The position numbers and the translations under genes are program-made. 64,000 nt of DNA from an uncultured Candidatus Saccharibacteria bacterium (lineage in GTDB: Bacteria > Patescibacteriota > Minisyncoccia > UBA6257 > 2-01-FULL-56-20): contig CAYXSS010000002.1 of NCBI GenBank assembly GCA_964467765.1, forward strand, positions 1,310 to 65,309, given 5' to 3'. Under the pieces are notes generated by a model. It saw nothing but the letters and a program-made list of their open reading frames with translations. It was not told the DNA's origin and searched no databases. Position 1 is the stretch's first letter, and each line of letters starts with the position of its first letter. This document shows positions 12,240 through 21,210 of this stretch, in pieces.

Positions 12240-12686
12240 ATGAATCTAAACAAAGTTTTTCTCATCGGCCGTCTGACTGCCGACCCGCAGCTCCGAAACG
12301 CTCCTTCGGGACAGGCGGTTACGAGCTTCGGCGTTGCTACCAATCGCGTTTGGACGGACAAATCCGGCGCGCGGCAGGAAGAAACGGAATTCCACAACAT
12401 CGTTGTCTGGGGCAGGCAAGCGGAAATCGTTACCCAGTTTTTGACGAAAGGCAGCATGGTACTCATTGAGGGGCGGCTGCGAACCCGTTCCTGGCAGGAT
12501 AAAAGCGGCCAGGAAAGAAGAACAACCGAGATCATAGCCGAGCGCGTCCAGTTTGGTCCGCGGCCGCAGGGCGGCGCAAAAGGAGGTCGGCAGACTGCAG
12601 CCGAAAATCAGGAGATAAAGACGGAAGAAGTGCCGACGGTTGACTTGGAAGGCGAGGAGGCGAAGGCGGGAGATCTGCCGTTTTAA
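12240..12686 (+). CDS. ssb: single-stranded DNA-binding protein
   Basis: MNLNKVFLIGRLTADP, EGRLRTRSW, C-terminal DLPF. Confidence 0.96.
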   Translation: MNLNKVFLIGRLTADPQLRNAPSGQAVTSFGVATNRVWTDKSGARQEETEFHNIVVWGRQAEIVTQFLTKGSMVLIEGRLRTRSWQDKSGQERRTTEIIAERVQFGPRPQGGAKGGRQTAAENQEIKTEEVPTVDLEGEEAKAGDLPF

Positions 12687-12750
12687 TTCAAAATTTAAGA
12701 GTCAAAATGTAAAATTTTCATTTTGATATTTGTGGTTTAAATTTTTAAAC

Positions 12751-13176
12751 ATGGCCAAAAAAATCAAAACAATTTTAAAACTTCAACTTCCTGCCGGACA
12801 GGCCAATCCCGCGCCGCCCGTTGGCACCGCTTTGGGGCCGCACGGCGTAAACATTCAGGAATTCTGTAAACAATTCAACGACAAGACAAAGGATATGGCA
12901 GGCGATATCGTGCCGGCGGAAATCACGATTTTCGAAGACCGCAGTTTTAAGTTTGTCTTGAAGACCCCGCCCGCATCGGCGCTTTTGAAAAAAGCCGCAG
13001 GAATCGAAAAGGGCTCTGGCGACCCCCTAAAAACCAAAGTCGGTAAAGTTACCCGCGCCGATGTGCGCAAAATCGCCGAAAGAAAAATGCCGGATCTAAA
13101 TACCGACGATCTCGCCGCTGCCGAGCGCACCGTCATGGGCACGGCGAGAAATATGGGAATTGAGGTTATAGATTGA
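12751..13176 (+). CDS. rplK: 50S ribosomal protein L11
   Basis: [34 protein letters not shown]; ATG at 12751. Confidence 0.97.
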   Translation: MAKKIKTILKLQLPAGQANPAPPVGTALGPHGVNIQEFCKQFNDKTKDMAGDIVPAEITIFEDRSFKFVLKTPPASALLKKAAGIEKGSGDPLKTKVGKVTRADVRKIAERKMPDLNTDDLAAAERTVMGTARNMGIEVID

Positions 13177-13196
13177 TAATCCTTGTGCATATTTCT

Positions 13197-13380
13197 GTGA
13201 AAAGGTCGGGAAACCGGAGTTTCCAGTGTCGGAAAACAGCGATCCGCCGACAGGCGGAGAGCACTAGAAACCCCTGCCTGCCGGCAGGGGTTTCTAGGGA
13301 GGGGCGACGAATAGTCGCTCCGACGTAATATGGGAATCAAGAAGTGGCGATGAGCAGTCGCTCCGACAGGCGGAACTGAA
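13197..13380. repeat. cluster of nested palindromic (REP-like) elements
   Basis: TCCGCC-GACA-GGCGGA; 15-bp stem CTAGAAACCCCTGCC-TGCC-GGCAGGGGTTTCTAG; AGTCGCTCCGAC twice; about 36-bp near copy of 33911-33947 on the opposite strand. Confidence 0.7.
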
Positions 13381-13383
13381 ATT

Positions 13384-13422
13384 ATAAATGAAACCCCTCT
13401 CTTTGAGAGGGGTTTCATTTAT
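13384..13422. terminator. 18-bp perfect stem between convergent rplK and tmk
   Basis: ATAAATGAAACCCCTCTC-TTT-GAGAGGGGTTTCATTTAT. Confidence 0.7.
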
Positions 13423-14047
13423 TTCTTAATATCGGTTCAATCGATTTTTTCACGTCCTGAAAAATCTTTTCTTCGTCCGGGGAAGCGTCAATAATGACCG
13501 TGGAATTTTTGAACCGCGGATGTTCGGCGACTTGCAGGTAGTTTTGTCTGATTTTTTCGAGCCAAGCTTCTTTCTCAAAAAATTCTTTTCTATCCCTGCC
13601 TTTTTCGATGCGCCGCAGCGCTTCTTTTGAGGGAATGTCGAAAATTATATTCAGATCAGGCCAGATAAGATGCGCTCCGATGATTTGCTCATGCATTTCC
13701 ATAATTTCTTCCGCTGAAATACCATCAAGCATGCCGTAAGCGACAGTGGAAAACGTGAAGCGTCCCATAAGGCAAATATTTCCGGCATCAAGCCGGGGTT
13801 TAATGGTGCTTACGATATCCTGTGCCCGATCGATGACGTAAAGTCGCTGGAATTCTTTTGCGTCCGCGATTTTCGGCATCTCGCCGCGCAGCATTTTCCT
13901 GATTGTTTGGCCTATTGGGGTATCGCTTGGCTCGCGTGAAAATTTTACATCAAAGCCAAGTTTTTGAAGCCAAGAAATTGTTCGCTCGGCCTGTGAGTCT
14001 TTGCCGCAGCCGTCGATCCCCTCGAGGGCGATGAGTTTGCCTTTCAT
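13415..14047 (-). CDS. tmk: thymidylate kinase
   Basis: IALEGIDGCGK, SREP, DRAQ, RF..STVAYG, PDL, FE. Confidence 0.92.
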   Translation of the reverse strand: MKGKLIALEGIDGCGKDSQAERTISWLQKLGFDVKFSREPSDTPIGQTIRKMLRGEMPKIADAKEFQRLYVIDRAQDIVSTIKPRLDAGNICLMGRFTFSTVAYGMLDGISAEEIMEMHEQIIGAHLIWPDLNIIFDIPSKEALRRIEKGRDRKEFFEKEAWLEKIRQNYLQVAEHPRFKNSTVIIDASPDEEKIFQDVKKSIEPILRNK

Positions 14048-14171
14048 TCCGCCTTTAATTTTATCAAAAATGAACTAAAACAATTATTATCGTTCGTTGT
14101 CTTTCTATAAAGCTGGGCAAAAGGTTTAAACAATCATTGACACCGTAAAGCCCCGGCGGTAAAATGTTGGT

Positions 14172-14597
14172 ATGAAATCCGTCGTCATTTGCGGTTCGCA
14201 AAGATATAAAGAAGGGATTGAGTCTTTCGCCGAAAAACTGCGCAAGCTCGGCTGCCCGATCGTTTTCGAGCCGAATTTCGTGCGCCAGCGGAAGAAAATG
14301 CTCCATAAAGAAGAAAGCCAAAGACTTAGAGTGAAATCGTACAGAGACCGCGTGCCGGCCATGGTCCACGAACACTTCGACAGGATCCGCAAAGCGGATG
14401 TCTGTTATGTCTACAACAAAGATGGTTATTTGGGCGTAAATACCACCCTCGAGCTTGGCTTTGCCCATGGCAAGAACATGGTGATTTACGCGCTTGAACC
14501 GGAGCGTTCGATTGAGGCGGGCGGTGAGATTTGCCGCGACATACTGTTTACGGAAATCATCGAAACGCCGGAGGAGTTGATAAAGAGGCTTACCTAA
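14172..14597 (+). CDS. nucleoside 2-deoxyribosyltransferase-like protein, paralog A
   Basis: VVICGS, HFDRIRKAD, NKDGYLGVNTTLELGFA (conserved Glu). Confidence 0.75.
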   Translation: MKSVVICGSQRYKEGIESFAEKLRKLGCPIVFEPNFVRQRKKMLHKEESQRLRVKSYRDRVPAMVHEHFDRIRKADVCYVYNKDGYLGVNTTLELGFAHGKNMVIYALEPERSIEAGGEICRDILFTEIIETPEELIKRLT

Positions 14598-14637
14598 TTT
14601 AAAATATTAGGCGGATAATTATAGGGTTGACATTGGA

Positions 14638-15054
14638 ATGTCAAAGGGCAAAAGCGTAGGCGCAATCATCAAAGACGAAAAAGGCGGATTTTTGGTTCAG
14701 TACAGGCTGAAGACTCCGCAAGGACTCGCCTTGCCCGCGGGGCACATTGAAGAAGGGGAGGATCCGGCAGAATGTCTTTTGCGGGAAGTTTTCGAAGAAA
14801 CAGGTCTTAAGGTTAAGAATTTCAAGCCGGTTATCGAAAATAAGTTTTATCCCAATTCTTGTCCGAAAAATCACGAAGGCCATGATTGGTGGGTTTACGA
14901 AGCAGAAGCAGAAGGCGATCTGGTCTTGCGCGAGCCCGACAAACACAAGTTCTTGAAATTTATGTCTTTGGATGAAATGAGGCGCTACGTCGAGCGGGGC
15001 GAAACTGATCCGGCTTGGTTTGAATACATTTTGCCAGAACTGGTCATTATCTGA
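14638..15054 (+). CDS. NUDIX hydrolase
   Basis: Nudix box GHIEEGEDPAECLLREVFEETGL. Confidence 0.92.
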   Translation: MSKGKSVGAIIKDEKGGFLVQYRLKTPQGLALPAGHIEEGEDPAECLLREVFEETGLKVKNFKPVIENKFYPNSCPKNHEGHDWWVYEAEAEGDLVLREPDKHKFLKFMSLDEMRRYVERGETDPAWFEYILPELVII

Positions 15055-15153
15055 TCAATTGCCGGTGGATTTTCCGGCAAACGCCGCCTATGTTGCACGC
15101 GGCGTTTTTTTGTGATAAGAAGAAGTTAGAAATATTGCCATCAAAGCGAGGAA

Positions 15154-16287
15154 ATGGCAGTGAAACGGAAGAATGACACGAAGATAATCATTACAACCGG
15201 AATTCCCGGATGCGGCGAAAAAGATTTTTTTTTAAAGCTCGTCCATTATTGTGAGATGCGTGGCAAAAGCGTGAAAATCATCAATACAGGAGATCTGATG
15301 TTTGATAATTTCGCCGACCTTGGGCACAAGATGAGACACAAAACCATTCTTAGAGTTGAGCAGTGGCGTTTGCAGACCGACAGATCGGCCGTGCTTCGCG
15401 CCGCTCTGCAAGAGATTGTCGATAATAAGAACAAATACGACTTAGTCCTTGTCTGCATCCACGCCTGGTTCCTGTGGGATTATGTATATTTGGAGGCCTG
15501 CGATAGGTTTTTGAAAAAATTTTTAACCATGCCAGAGCTTGCGGCACTTGTGACATTTATCGACGACTACAGGCCGATCATAATGCGCCTTCGGGAGCGT
15601 GAGCAATGGCAGGATCAAAAATTGAATCCTGAAAAAATTCTTTCTTGGCAGAACGTTGAGGTTGGGACAACTCAGATTATCGCTGGACTTTTTGACGTTC
15701 AGTTCCAGGTTTTCGCCACCTCGCAGTCGCCGTCGGAATTTTATAAGATGGTTTTTCATCCGGAGATCGAGTCAGTTTACACAGGAATGCCGATTTCGCA
15801 TTTGCGTAAAGCGGACGATAGAGAACCGATTGACAGATTTATCAAGAAACTTTCGCGGTATTTCCGGATTGTAAATCCTTTAAGCGTTGAGGTTGTTGGA
15901 GCAGTTCATTTCGACAAGAAAGAGCCGGAAAAATATGGCCAGGCGGTGCATAGACACATTGTTCATCGCGATCTCTATTGGTTTTTACACCTTTGCGATT
16001 TTATGGTGGCTTATTGGCCCCAGGTCATAGTTCCGGAAGAGGTGCAAAAGGCTGCCAAACACTACCCGAATATTCTCAAAGAGTGGCCCAGGGCCATTTC
16101 ATCTCCGGGGCTTTCGAGCGAAATGCAGCAGGCGTGTGGCGAAGGAAAAGACGTTTTTACTGTTTTTCTAGGTTCGGAAGCGAGTCCATTTATTGTTCGC
16201 AATTCGACGCGCATCTTTTTGTCCGAAAAAAAATTTTTCTCATACCTGGACAAAAAATACCCCGGGCGGAAAGATCTCGTTTGGTAA
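15154..16287 (+). CDS. P-loop NMP-kinase-like domain fused to NDT-like domain
   Basis: N-terminal IITTGIPGCGEK resembles archaeal adenylate kinase P-loop; C-terminal YTGMPIS..RD..CDFMVAY..SPGLSSEM. Confidence 0.6.
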   Translation: MAVKRKNDTKIIITTGIPGCGEKDFFLKLVHYCEMRGKSVKIINTGDLMFDNFADLGHKMRHKTILRVEQWRLQTDRSAVLRAALQEIVDNKNKYDLVLVCIHAWFLWDYVYLEACDRFLKKFLTMPELAALVTFIDDYRPIIMRLREREQWQDQKLNPEKILSWQNVEVGTTQIIAGLFDVQFQVFATSQSPSEFYKMVFHPEIESVYTGMPISHLRKADDREPIDRFIKKLSRYFRIVNPLSVEVVGAVHFDKKEPEKYGQAVHRHIVHRDLYWFLHLCDFMVAYWPQVIVPEEVQKAAKHYPNILKEWPRAISSPGLSSEMQQACGEGKDVFTVFLGSEASPFIVRNSTRIFLSEKKFFSYLDKKYPGRKDLVW

Positions 16288-16324
16288 AAAAACAAAGGCG
16301 CCTCTTATGAAGCGCCTTTTGATT

Positions 16325-16879
16325 TCATGGCAAGCGTACTTTTTTGAACTTATTGAGCACCGAAGTTACTACTTCATCCGGAGACATATCGGTTGTATCT
16401 ACGACAAAATGATAGTGCAACGGGTCGAGATGGTTTTCTATGCAGTAAAGATTTTTGTAGCGTTCTCGTTCCTCCTCTTCGCGCGCCGCGGCCAAGTTTA
16501 TTATTTCTCCAAGTGTTCGGTCGTTATATTCCGGACGAATTGAAGTTCGCATAGCCATCGTTTCAGGATTTACAGAAAGAAAGACATTAAAAACAGCAAA
16601 CGGGCTTTCTTTGGCGAAATACCAGGCTATGCGTCCTTGTACAACAACATTGTCATTTTCCCGCAGAAATTTTTTTTGCTCTTCGTCTACGGCGCGCTCA
16701 ACGGCCGGATTGTTTTTCAGGCGCGAATAGAACTCATCTATCGTCAACCCTTCTTTTTCCGCCATTTTTCTGAAAAGCTGTCCGACATTGAATTCTTTGT
16801 AGCCCAAAACCGAAGCCAACTTGCCAGCCACGTGGCTTTTTCCGGAGCCCACTTTTCCTCCAAGCGTGATTATTGCCAT
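16325..16879 (-). CDS. cmk: cytidylate kinase, archaeal type
   Basis: ITLGGKVGSGKS, GQLFRKMAEKEGL, VVQGR, REEEERERYKNLY, VDTT. Confidence 0.82.
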   Translation of the reverse strand: MAIITLGGKVGSGKSHVAGKLASVLGYKEFNVGQLFRKMAEKEGLTIDEFYSRLKNNPAVERAVDEEQKKFLRENDNVVVQGRIAWYFAKESPFAVFNVFLSVNPETMAMRTSIRPEYNDRTLGEIINLAAAREEEERERYKNLYCIENHLDPLHYHFVVDTTDMSPDEVVTSVLNKFKKVRLP

Positions 16880-16932
16880 TGCTGTTGATAATTTGATTTG
16901 ATTATAAAACTAAACGGGGTATTATCAATGGA

Positions 16933-17391
16933 ATGAAGTCCGTGGTATTTTGTTCAAGCCAGCGGTTTAAGAAGGATATGGAAAAATTCATCGGTGAATT
17001 GCGTACCCTTGCTGCGGCAAAAGGTCTGCACCCCGTTGTTCTCGAGCCGAATTTCGGAGAAAAAGAAGAAAAGGTTGGTGTCCTGCACGAAAAAGATCGC
17101 TTAAACGATGCGGTTTATCGGGAAGCCGTTGCCGGAAAGGTCTACGACCACCTTTTCCGTAAAGTGCGCATTGCCGACGTTTGTTTTGTTTTCAACAAGG
17201 ATGGCTATCTAGGCGTCAATACAACTGGCGAACTCTTTGCCGCAGCCATGTCGGGTAAGATGTGTTATGCCTTGCACGACAAAACCCTGATGGGCAGCTA
17301 TCCGCACGATCTCTACGAGGAGCCGTCGGCGAGAAAACTTATCCACGAAGTCGTTTCCACTCCAGAAGAGCTTTTAAAGAGGCTTGCTTAA
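16933..17391 (+). CDS. nucleoside 2-deoxyribosyltransferase-like protein, paralog B
   Basis: paralog of 14172-14597 (MKSVV, SQR, EPNF, ADVC, NKDGYLGVNTTGEL, TPEEL.KRL). Confidence 0.75.
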   Translation: MKSVVFCSSQRFKKDMEKFIGELRTLAAAKGLHPVVLEPNFGEKEEKVGVLHEKDRLNDAVYREAVAGKVYDHLFRKVRIADVCFVFNKDGYLGVNTTGELFAAAMSGKMCYALHDKTLMGSYPHDLYEEPSARKLIHEVVSTPEELLKRLA

Positions 17392-17447
17392 AAATCTAAA
17401 CATCTTTTCGTTGCCCCGCCTAAGAGTGCGGGTTATAATTTTTTTAC

Positions 17448-17528
17448 ATGGACCATCAACCAACAATCGGGTTGGAAATACCCGCCTTCGCTAAAACTAC
17501 GGCGGGCAGGCACGCCTCATATGTCTAA
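17448..17528 (+). pseudogene. relic duplicate of gatB 5' end interrupted by a 30-nt palindrome
   Basis: MDHQPTIGLEI[PAFAKTTAGR]HA.. versus GatB MSNYQPTIGLEIHT; insert CCCGCCTTCGCTAAAACTACGGCGGGCAGG at 17481-17510. Confidence 0.75.
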
Positions 17529-18954
17529 TTATCAACCCACGATAGGACTAGAAATCCACACAGAGTTGAAAACCAAAACAAAGATGTTTTGCGACTCTTT
17601 GAACGATCCGGAAGAAAAGCATCCGAACACTAATGTTTGTCCCGTTTGCCTCGGGCATCCGGGGACGCTGCCGACGATAAATAAAAAAGCGGTTGAGGAA
17701 GTGATAAAAGCGGGGCTGGTGCTCGGAGGCAAAATTAATCCCGTCGCGAAATTCGACCGCAAAAATTATTTTTATCCGGATTTGCCCAAGGGTTACCAAA
17801 TTTCGCAGTACGACCAGCCGCTTGTCTCGGGCGGAGGACTGAACGGCGTGCGCATCAAGAGGATTCATTTAGAAGAAGACACGGGAACGCTTGGACATGA
17901 AAGCGGTTCCTCGGCAAGCCTGGGACAACGAATTTCGCTTGTCGACTTCAACCGCGCCGGCGTTCCTCTTATGGAGCTTGTCACGGAGCCGGATCTCAAG
18001 TCCGCCGAAGAAGTTGTTTCTTTCGCTAAAGAATTGCAGCTCATCCTGCGCTACCTGAACGTGTCAGATGCCGACATGGAAAAAGGCCAGATGCGCATTG
18101 AGGCAAACGTGAGCTTAAATATGGGCACAAAAGTTGAACTGAAGAACATAAACTCTTTCAGGTTTGCCAAAGAGGCAATTGAATATGAGGTGGGACGGCA
18201 GATCAAAGCGCTTGAAAAAGGAGAGAAAATTCACCAGGAAACTCGCGGCTGGGATGAAAACAAAAAAAAGACGGTTAGCCAGCGCTCGAAAGAAGAAGCG
18301 CACGACTATCGCTATTTCCCAGAACCCGATCTGCCGCCTTTTGAAACGGGCGTTTTCGATTTGGAAAAATTGCGCGCAGAGCTGCCGGAACTTCCGCAGG
18401 CGAAAAGGGCAAGGCTTATGAGCGAATACGGTCTTCCTGAAAATCAGGCGGAGCTTATACGAAGCGATGCCGACCTTGCGAAATTTTTTGAAGAGTCGGC
18501 AAGCGAGTTTAAAGAATTGTCGGTTGCTGCCGATTGCGGATTGTTGGCGAATTACATCTTGAGCGACCTGCGTGGATTGATGAATGACTCCGGTATCGGA
18601 TTCGGCGAACTTAAATTTGGTCCGGAACACCTCGCTCATCTTCTCGCCTTGATTTCTCAAAAAAAGATTACAAGCCGAAAAGCCAAAGACTTACTCTCCA
18701 TCATGTTCCGCGACGGCCGCGATCCGGAAGAAATTCTCTCCGTGGAAGGATTCGAGGCGATATCAGACGAAACAAAAATTTCCGAAATTGTAAAAGTAAT
18801 TTTGGAAGAAAATCCGGCGGCGGTCGCCGATTACAAAAAAGGAAAATCGCAAGCCGTTCAGTTTTTAACCGGCAAGACTATGGCGAAACTCCGCGGTGCC
18901 GGAGACCCACAGGTTATCCAAAAAGTCATATCTAAACTCCTCGGACAATCTTAA
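17521..18954 (+). CDS. gatB: Asp-tRNA(Asn)/Glu-tRNA(Gln) amidotransferase subunit B
   Basis: IGLEIH, FDRKNYFYPDLPKGYQISQ, HLEED, DFNRAGVPLMELV, DYRYFPEPDL. Confidence 0.97.
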   Translation: MSNYQPTIGLEIHTELKTKTKMFCDSLNDPEEKHPNTNVCPVCLGHPGTLPTINKKAVEEVIKAGLVLGGKINPVAKFDRKNYFYPDLPKGYQISQYDQPLVSGGGLNGVRIKRIHLEEDTGTLGHESGSSASLGQRISLVDFNRAGVPLMELVTEPDLKSAEEVVSFAKELQLILRYLNVSDADMEKGQMRIEANVSLNMGTKVELKNINSFRFAKEAIEYEVGRQIKALEKGEKIHQETRGWDENKKKTVSQRSKEEAHDYRYFPEPDLPPFETGVFDLEKLRAELPELPQAKRARLMSEYGLPENQAELIRSDADLAKFFEESASEFKELSVAADCGLLANYILSDLRGLMNDSGIGFGELKFGPEHLAHLLALISQKKITSRKAKDLLSIMFRDGRDPEEILSVEGFEAISDETKISEIVKVILEENPAAVADYKKGKSQAVQFLTGKTMAKLRGAGDPQVIQKVISKLLGQS

Positions 18955-19060
18955 GCGGTTGCCAAAATTGTTGATTTTTTGCGGCTAATGCGGTTGTTGA
19001 CTCTAGCCAGCCGTGTTTTATTATTCTTATAGAAACTTGTTATGCGTTTTGGAGGATTGT

Positions 19061-21118
19061 ATGAGCGAGACGAAAGGGTTCGATCTCGAAAAGGTTATCA
19101 GCGAAGACGCGGAAAGGAAGATAAGAAAACAGAAAACACACAAGGAAATAACGTTTAAAGACTACCTTGCGCTTCTGAAAAACGATCCAAAAATCGCCCA
19201 AAATTCTCCGGCCAGGCTTCTCGAGAAAATCTTGAATTTCGGCAAAGAGCCGGTTCCTGAATCGGAGCAATGGTTTGCGGACGACAACGGTTCGCCGATA
19301 GACATTCGCTACGCCGCTTTTTCCAAGAAGCTTTTCGGGTTGGATAAGCCGATTTATCAGGCAGTGAATTTCTTAAAGGCTGGCGCCAATCGTTTAGAAA
19401 CGGGGAACCAAATTCTTCTTTTGGTCGGTCCTACTGCTGGCGGCAAATCGACGTTCGCAAGAATGTTGAAACAGCTTCTTGAGGATTATTCCCTGCGCCA
19501 GGTTTTCGCCATTAAAGGTTGTCCGATGCACGAAGAGCCTTTGCATATTCTGCCGCGTTACCTGAGAAGTGACTTTGAGCGCGACCTGAAAGTTAGGATA
19601 GACGGCGATCTTTGCCCGCACTGTCGCCACATACTGGATGAAAAATATACCATCAAAGAAGGCGAAGAAAAAGGCAAGGTGCGCTGGTGGGACGTGCCCG
19701 TAGAGACCTTCACTTTTTCCATACAAGGCGCTCGCGGCATTGGATCTTTTGAGCCGTCTGATGAGAAATCCCAGGACGTTACCGAGCTTGTCGGCCGCGA
19801 AAACATTTCGATAAGTTCCACAAAAGGCCCGGATCATCCTCTGGCCTGGTCTCTTTCCGGAGAATTGGAAAAAGCCAACAGAGGAATATGTGAAGGACGC
19901 GAACTTATAAAAGCGGACGAAAAGCTCCTATGGGTATTTATCAGCGTTGCCCAAGAAAAAGAGGTCAAATTGCAAGGGTCCAGCTTCCCGCATCTTTCTG
20001 TCGATACGATTGTTATCGGCCACACGAACCTTACCGAATACAATAAATTTTCTTCGCGCCAGGAAAACGAAGCTTTGCATGATCGCATGTACGTTGTGCA
20101 GTTCCCGTATCCGCTGCGCATGAGCGACGAAGTAAAGATCTACAAAAAGCTTATTGAAGAAGAAAGCGATTTTGTGCATCTCTCGAAGTGCCACATCGCT
20201 CCCGGTTCGCTTGAGCTTGCAGCCCTATTTGCCGTGCTCACGCGGCTTTTGCCTCGGTCTAAGGGCGAAGTGGATATTTTAACTAAAGCAAAGATCTACA
20301 ACGGAGACAGGTTGCTCTTGGAATTCCGCGACAAAGACAAGAAACCGATCGACATCAGGACTCTTGTCGAGGAGGGCCAGGAATCGCCGGATGTTAGCAA
20401 GCGCGAAGGTATGTTTGGCGCAAGCTCGCGCGACATTTTGGCGGCCATCAACATGGAACTTGTGAAAAAAGGCGACGGCTGTCTCACCCCGCTTTCCGTG
20501 ACTCGCGCGTTGCGCGACGTCTTCGAGCATCGCATGGGTTATACGCCGGAAGAGCAGGCGCGCTTCAGAGAAATAATCCAGGAAAGTGTTATGGCGGAGT
20601 ACAAAGAATTTGTTATCGAGTCCGTAAACAAAGCTTTTCTTAGGGCTTATGACGATCTGGCTCGCGAGCTATTTGCGAGATACATTGAGGCAGTCGAGCT
20701 CCACCGCAATCAGAGAAGAAAACTGGTGCGCGGAGGTTTCAAGGTCGAACGCGACGATATTACCCAGAAGCCGAAAGAGCCGGATTTGAAGCTCATGCGC
20801 TCCATCGAAGAACATATCCCGGTCGGTGAATCGGAGGCGGATACCTTCCGCGGCGAAATCTTGGAATACAAATCCCAGATGAAGAGTTTCAATTACGACA
20901 CTTATCAGCCGCTGGCCCGCGCAGTTGAGAAAAAGCTTTTGGCGGACAACAAAACCAGTCTTGGCCTGGTGCTTTCTCAAGACAAGCCAAAGGGCGAAGA
21001 GGAAAAGAAGCGAGCCGACGATCTCTTCGGCGCGCTAACCGACCCCAACGGCGCGCGTTTCTGCCCGGTTTGCGCCAAAGAAGTTGTTGAAAAAGCGAGA
21101 GAATTCCTTAACGCATAA
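19061..21118 (+). CDS. prkA: PrkA/YeaG family AAA+ ATPase
   Basis: GPTAGGKS Walker A, CPMHEEPL, GELEKANRG, NEALHDR, HIAPGSLELAA; GGAGG SD before ATG 19061. Confidence 0.9.
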   Translation: MSETKGFDLEKVISEDAERKIRKQKTHKEITFKDYLALLKNDPKIAQNSPARLLEKILNFGKEPVPESEQWFADDNGSPIDIRYAAFSKKLFGLDKPIYQAVNFLKAGANRLETGNQILLLVGPTAGGKSTFARMLKQLLEDYSLRQVFAIKGCPMHEEPLHILPRYLRSDFERDLKVRIDGDLCPHCRHILDEKYTIKEGEEKGKVRWWDVPVETFTFSIQGARGIGSFEPSDEKSQDVTELVGRENISISSTKGPDHPLAWSLSGELEKANRGICEGRELIKADEKLLWVFISVAQEKEVKLQGSSFPHLSVDTIVIGHTNLTEYNKFSSRQENEALHDRMYVVQFPYPLRMSDEVKIYKKLIEEESDFVHLSKCHIAPGSLELAALFAVLTRLLPRSKGEVDILTKAKIYNGDRLLLEFRDKDKKPIDIRTLVEEGQESPDVSKREGMFGASSRDILAAINMELVKKGDGCLTPLSVTRALRDVFEHRMGYTPEEQARFREIIQESVMAEYKEFVIESVNKAFLRAYDDLARELFARYIEAVELHRNQRRKLVRGGFKVERDDITQKPKEPDLKLMRSIEEHIPVGESEADTFRGEILEYKSQMKSFNYDTYQPLARAVEKKLLADNKTSLGLVLSQDKPKGEEEKKRADDLFGALTDPNGARFCPVCAKEVVEKAREFLNA

Positions 21119-21210
21119 AATTCTTATTGGCAGCCGACGTCATTTTGACGCCGGTTTTTTTTATTGCTAAAATAAAACCAGCGCTTTGGATCTTTAATAA
21201 GGAGATGCAA

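Noticed and set aside
12855-13418. 187-aa minus-strand ORF
   Set aside because: Antisense to rplK and spans the palindrome tract.
13197-13422. tmRNA, RNase P RNA or IS200/605 end
   Set aside because: No tRNA-like ends or RNase P consensus, and no tnpA/tnpB nearby; only generic hairpins.
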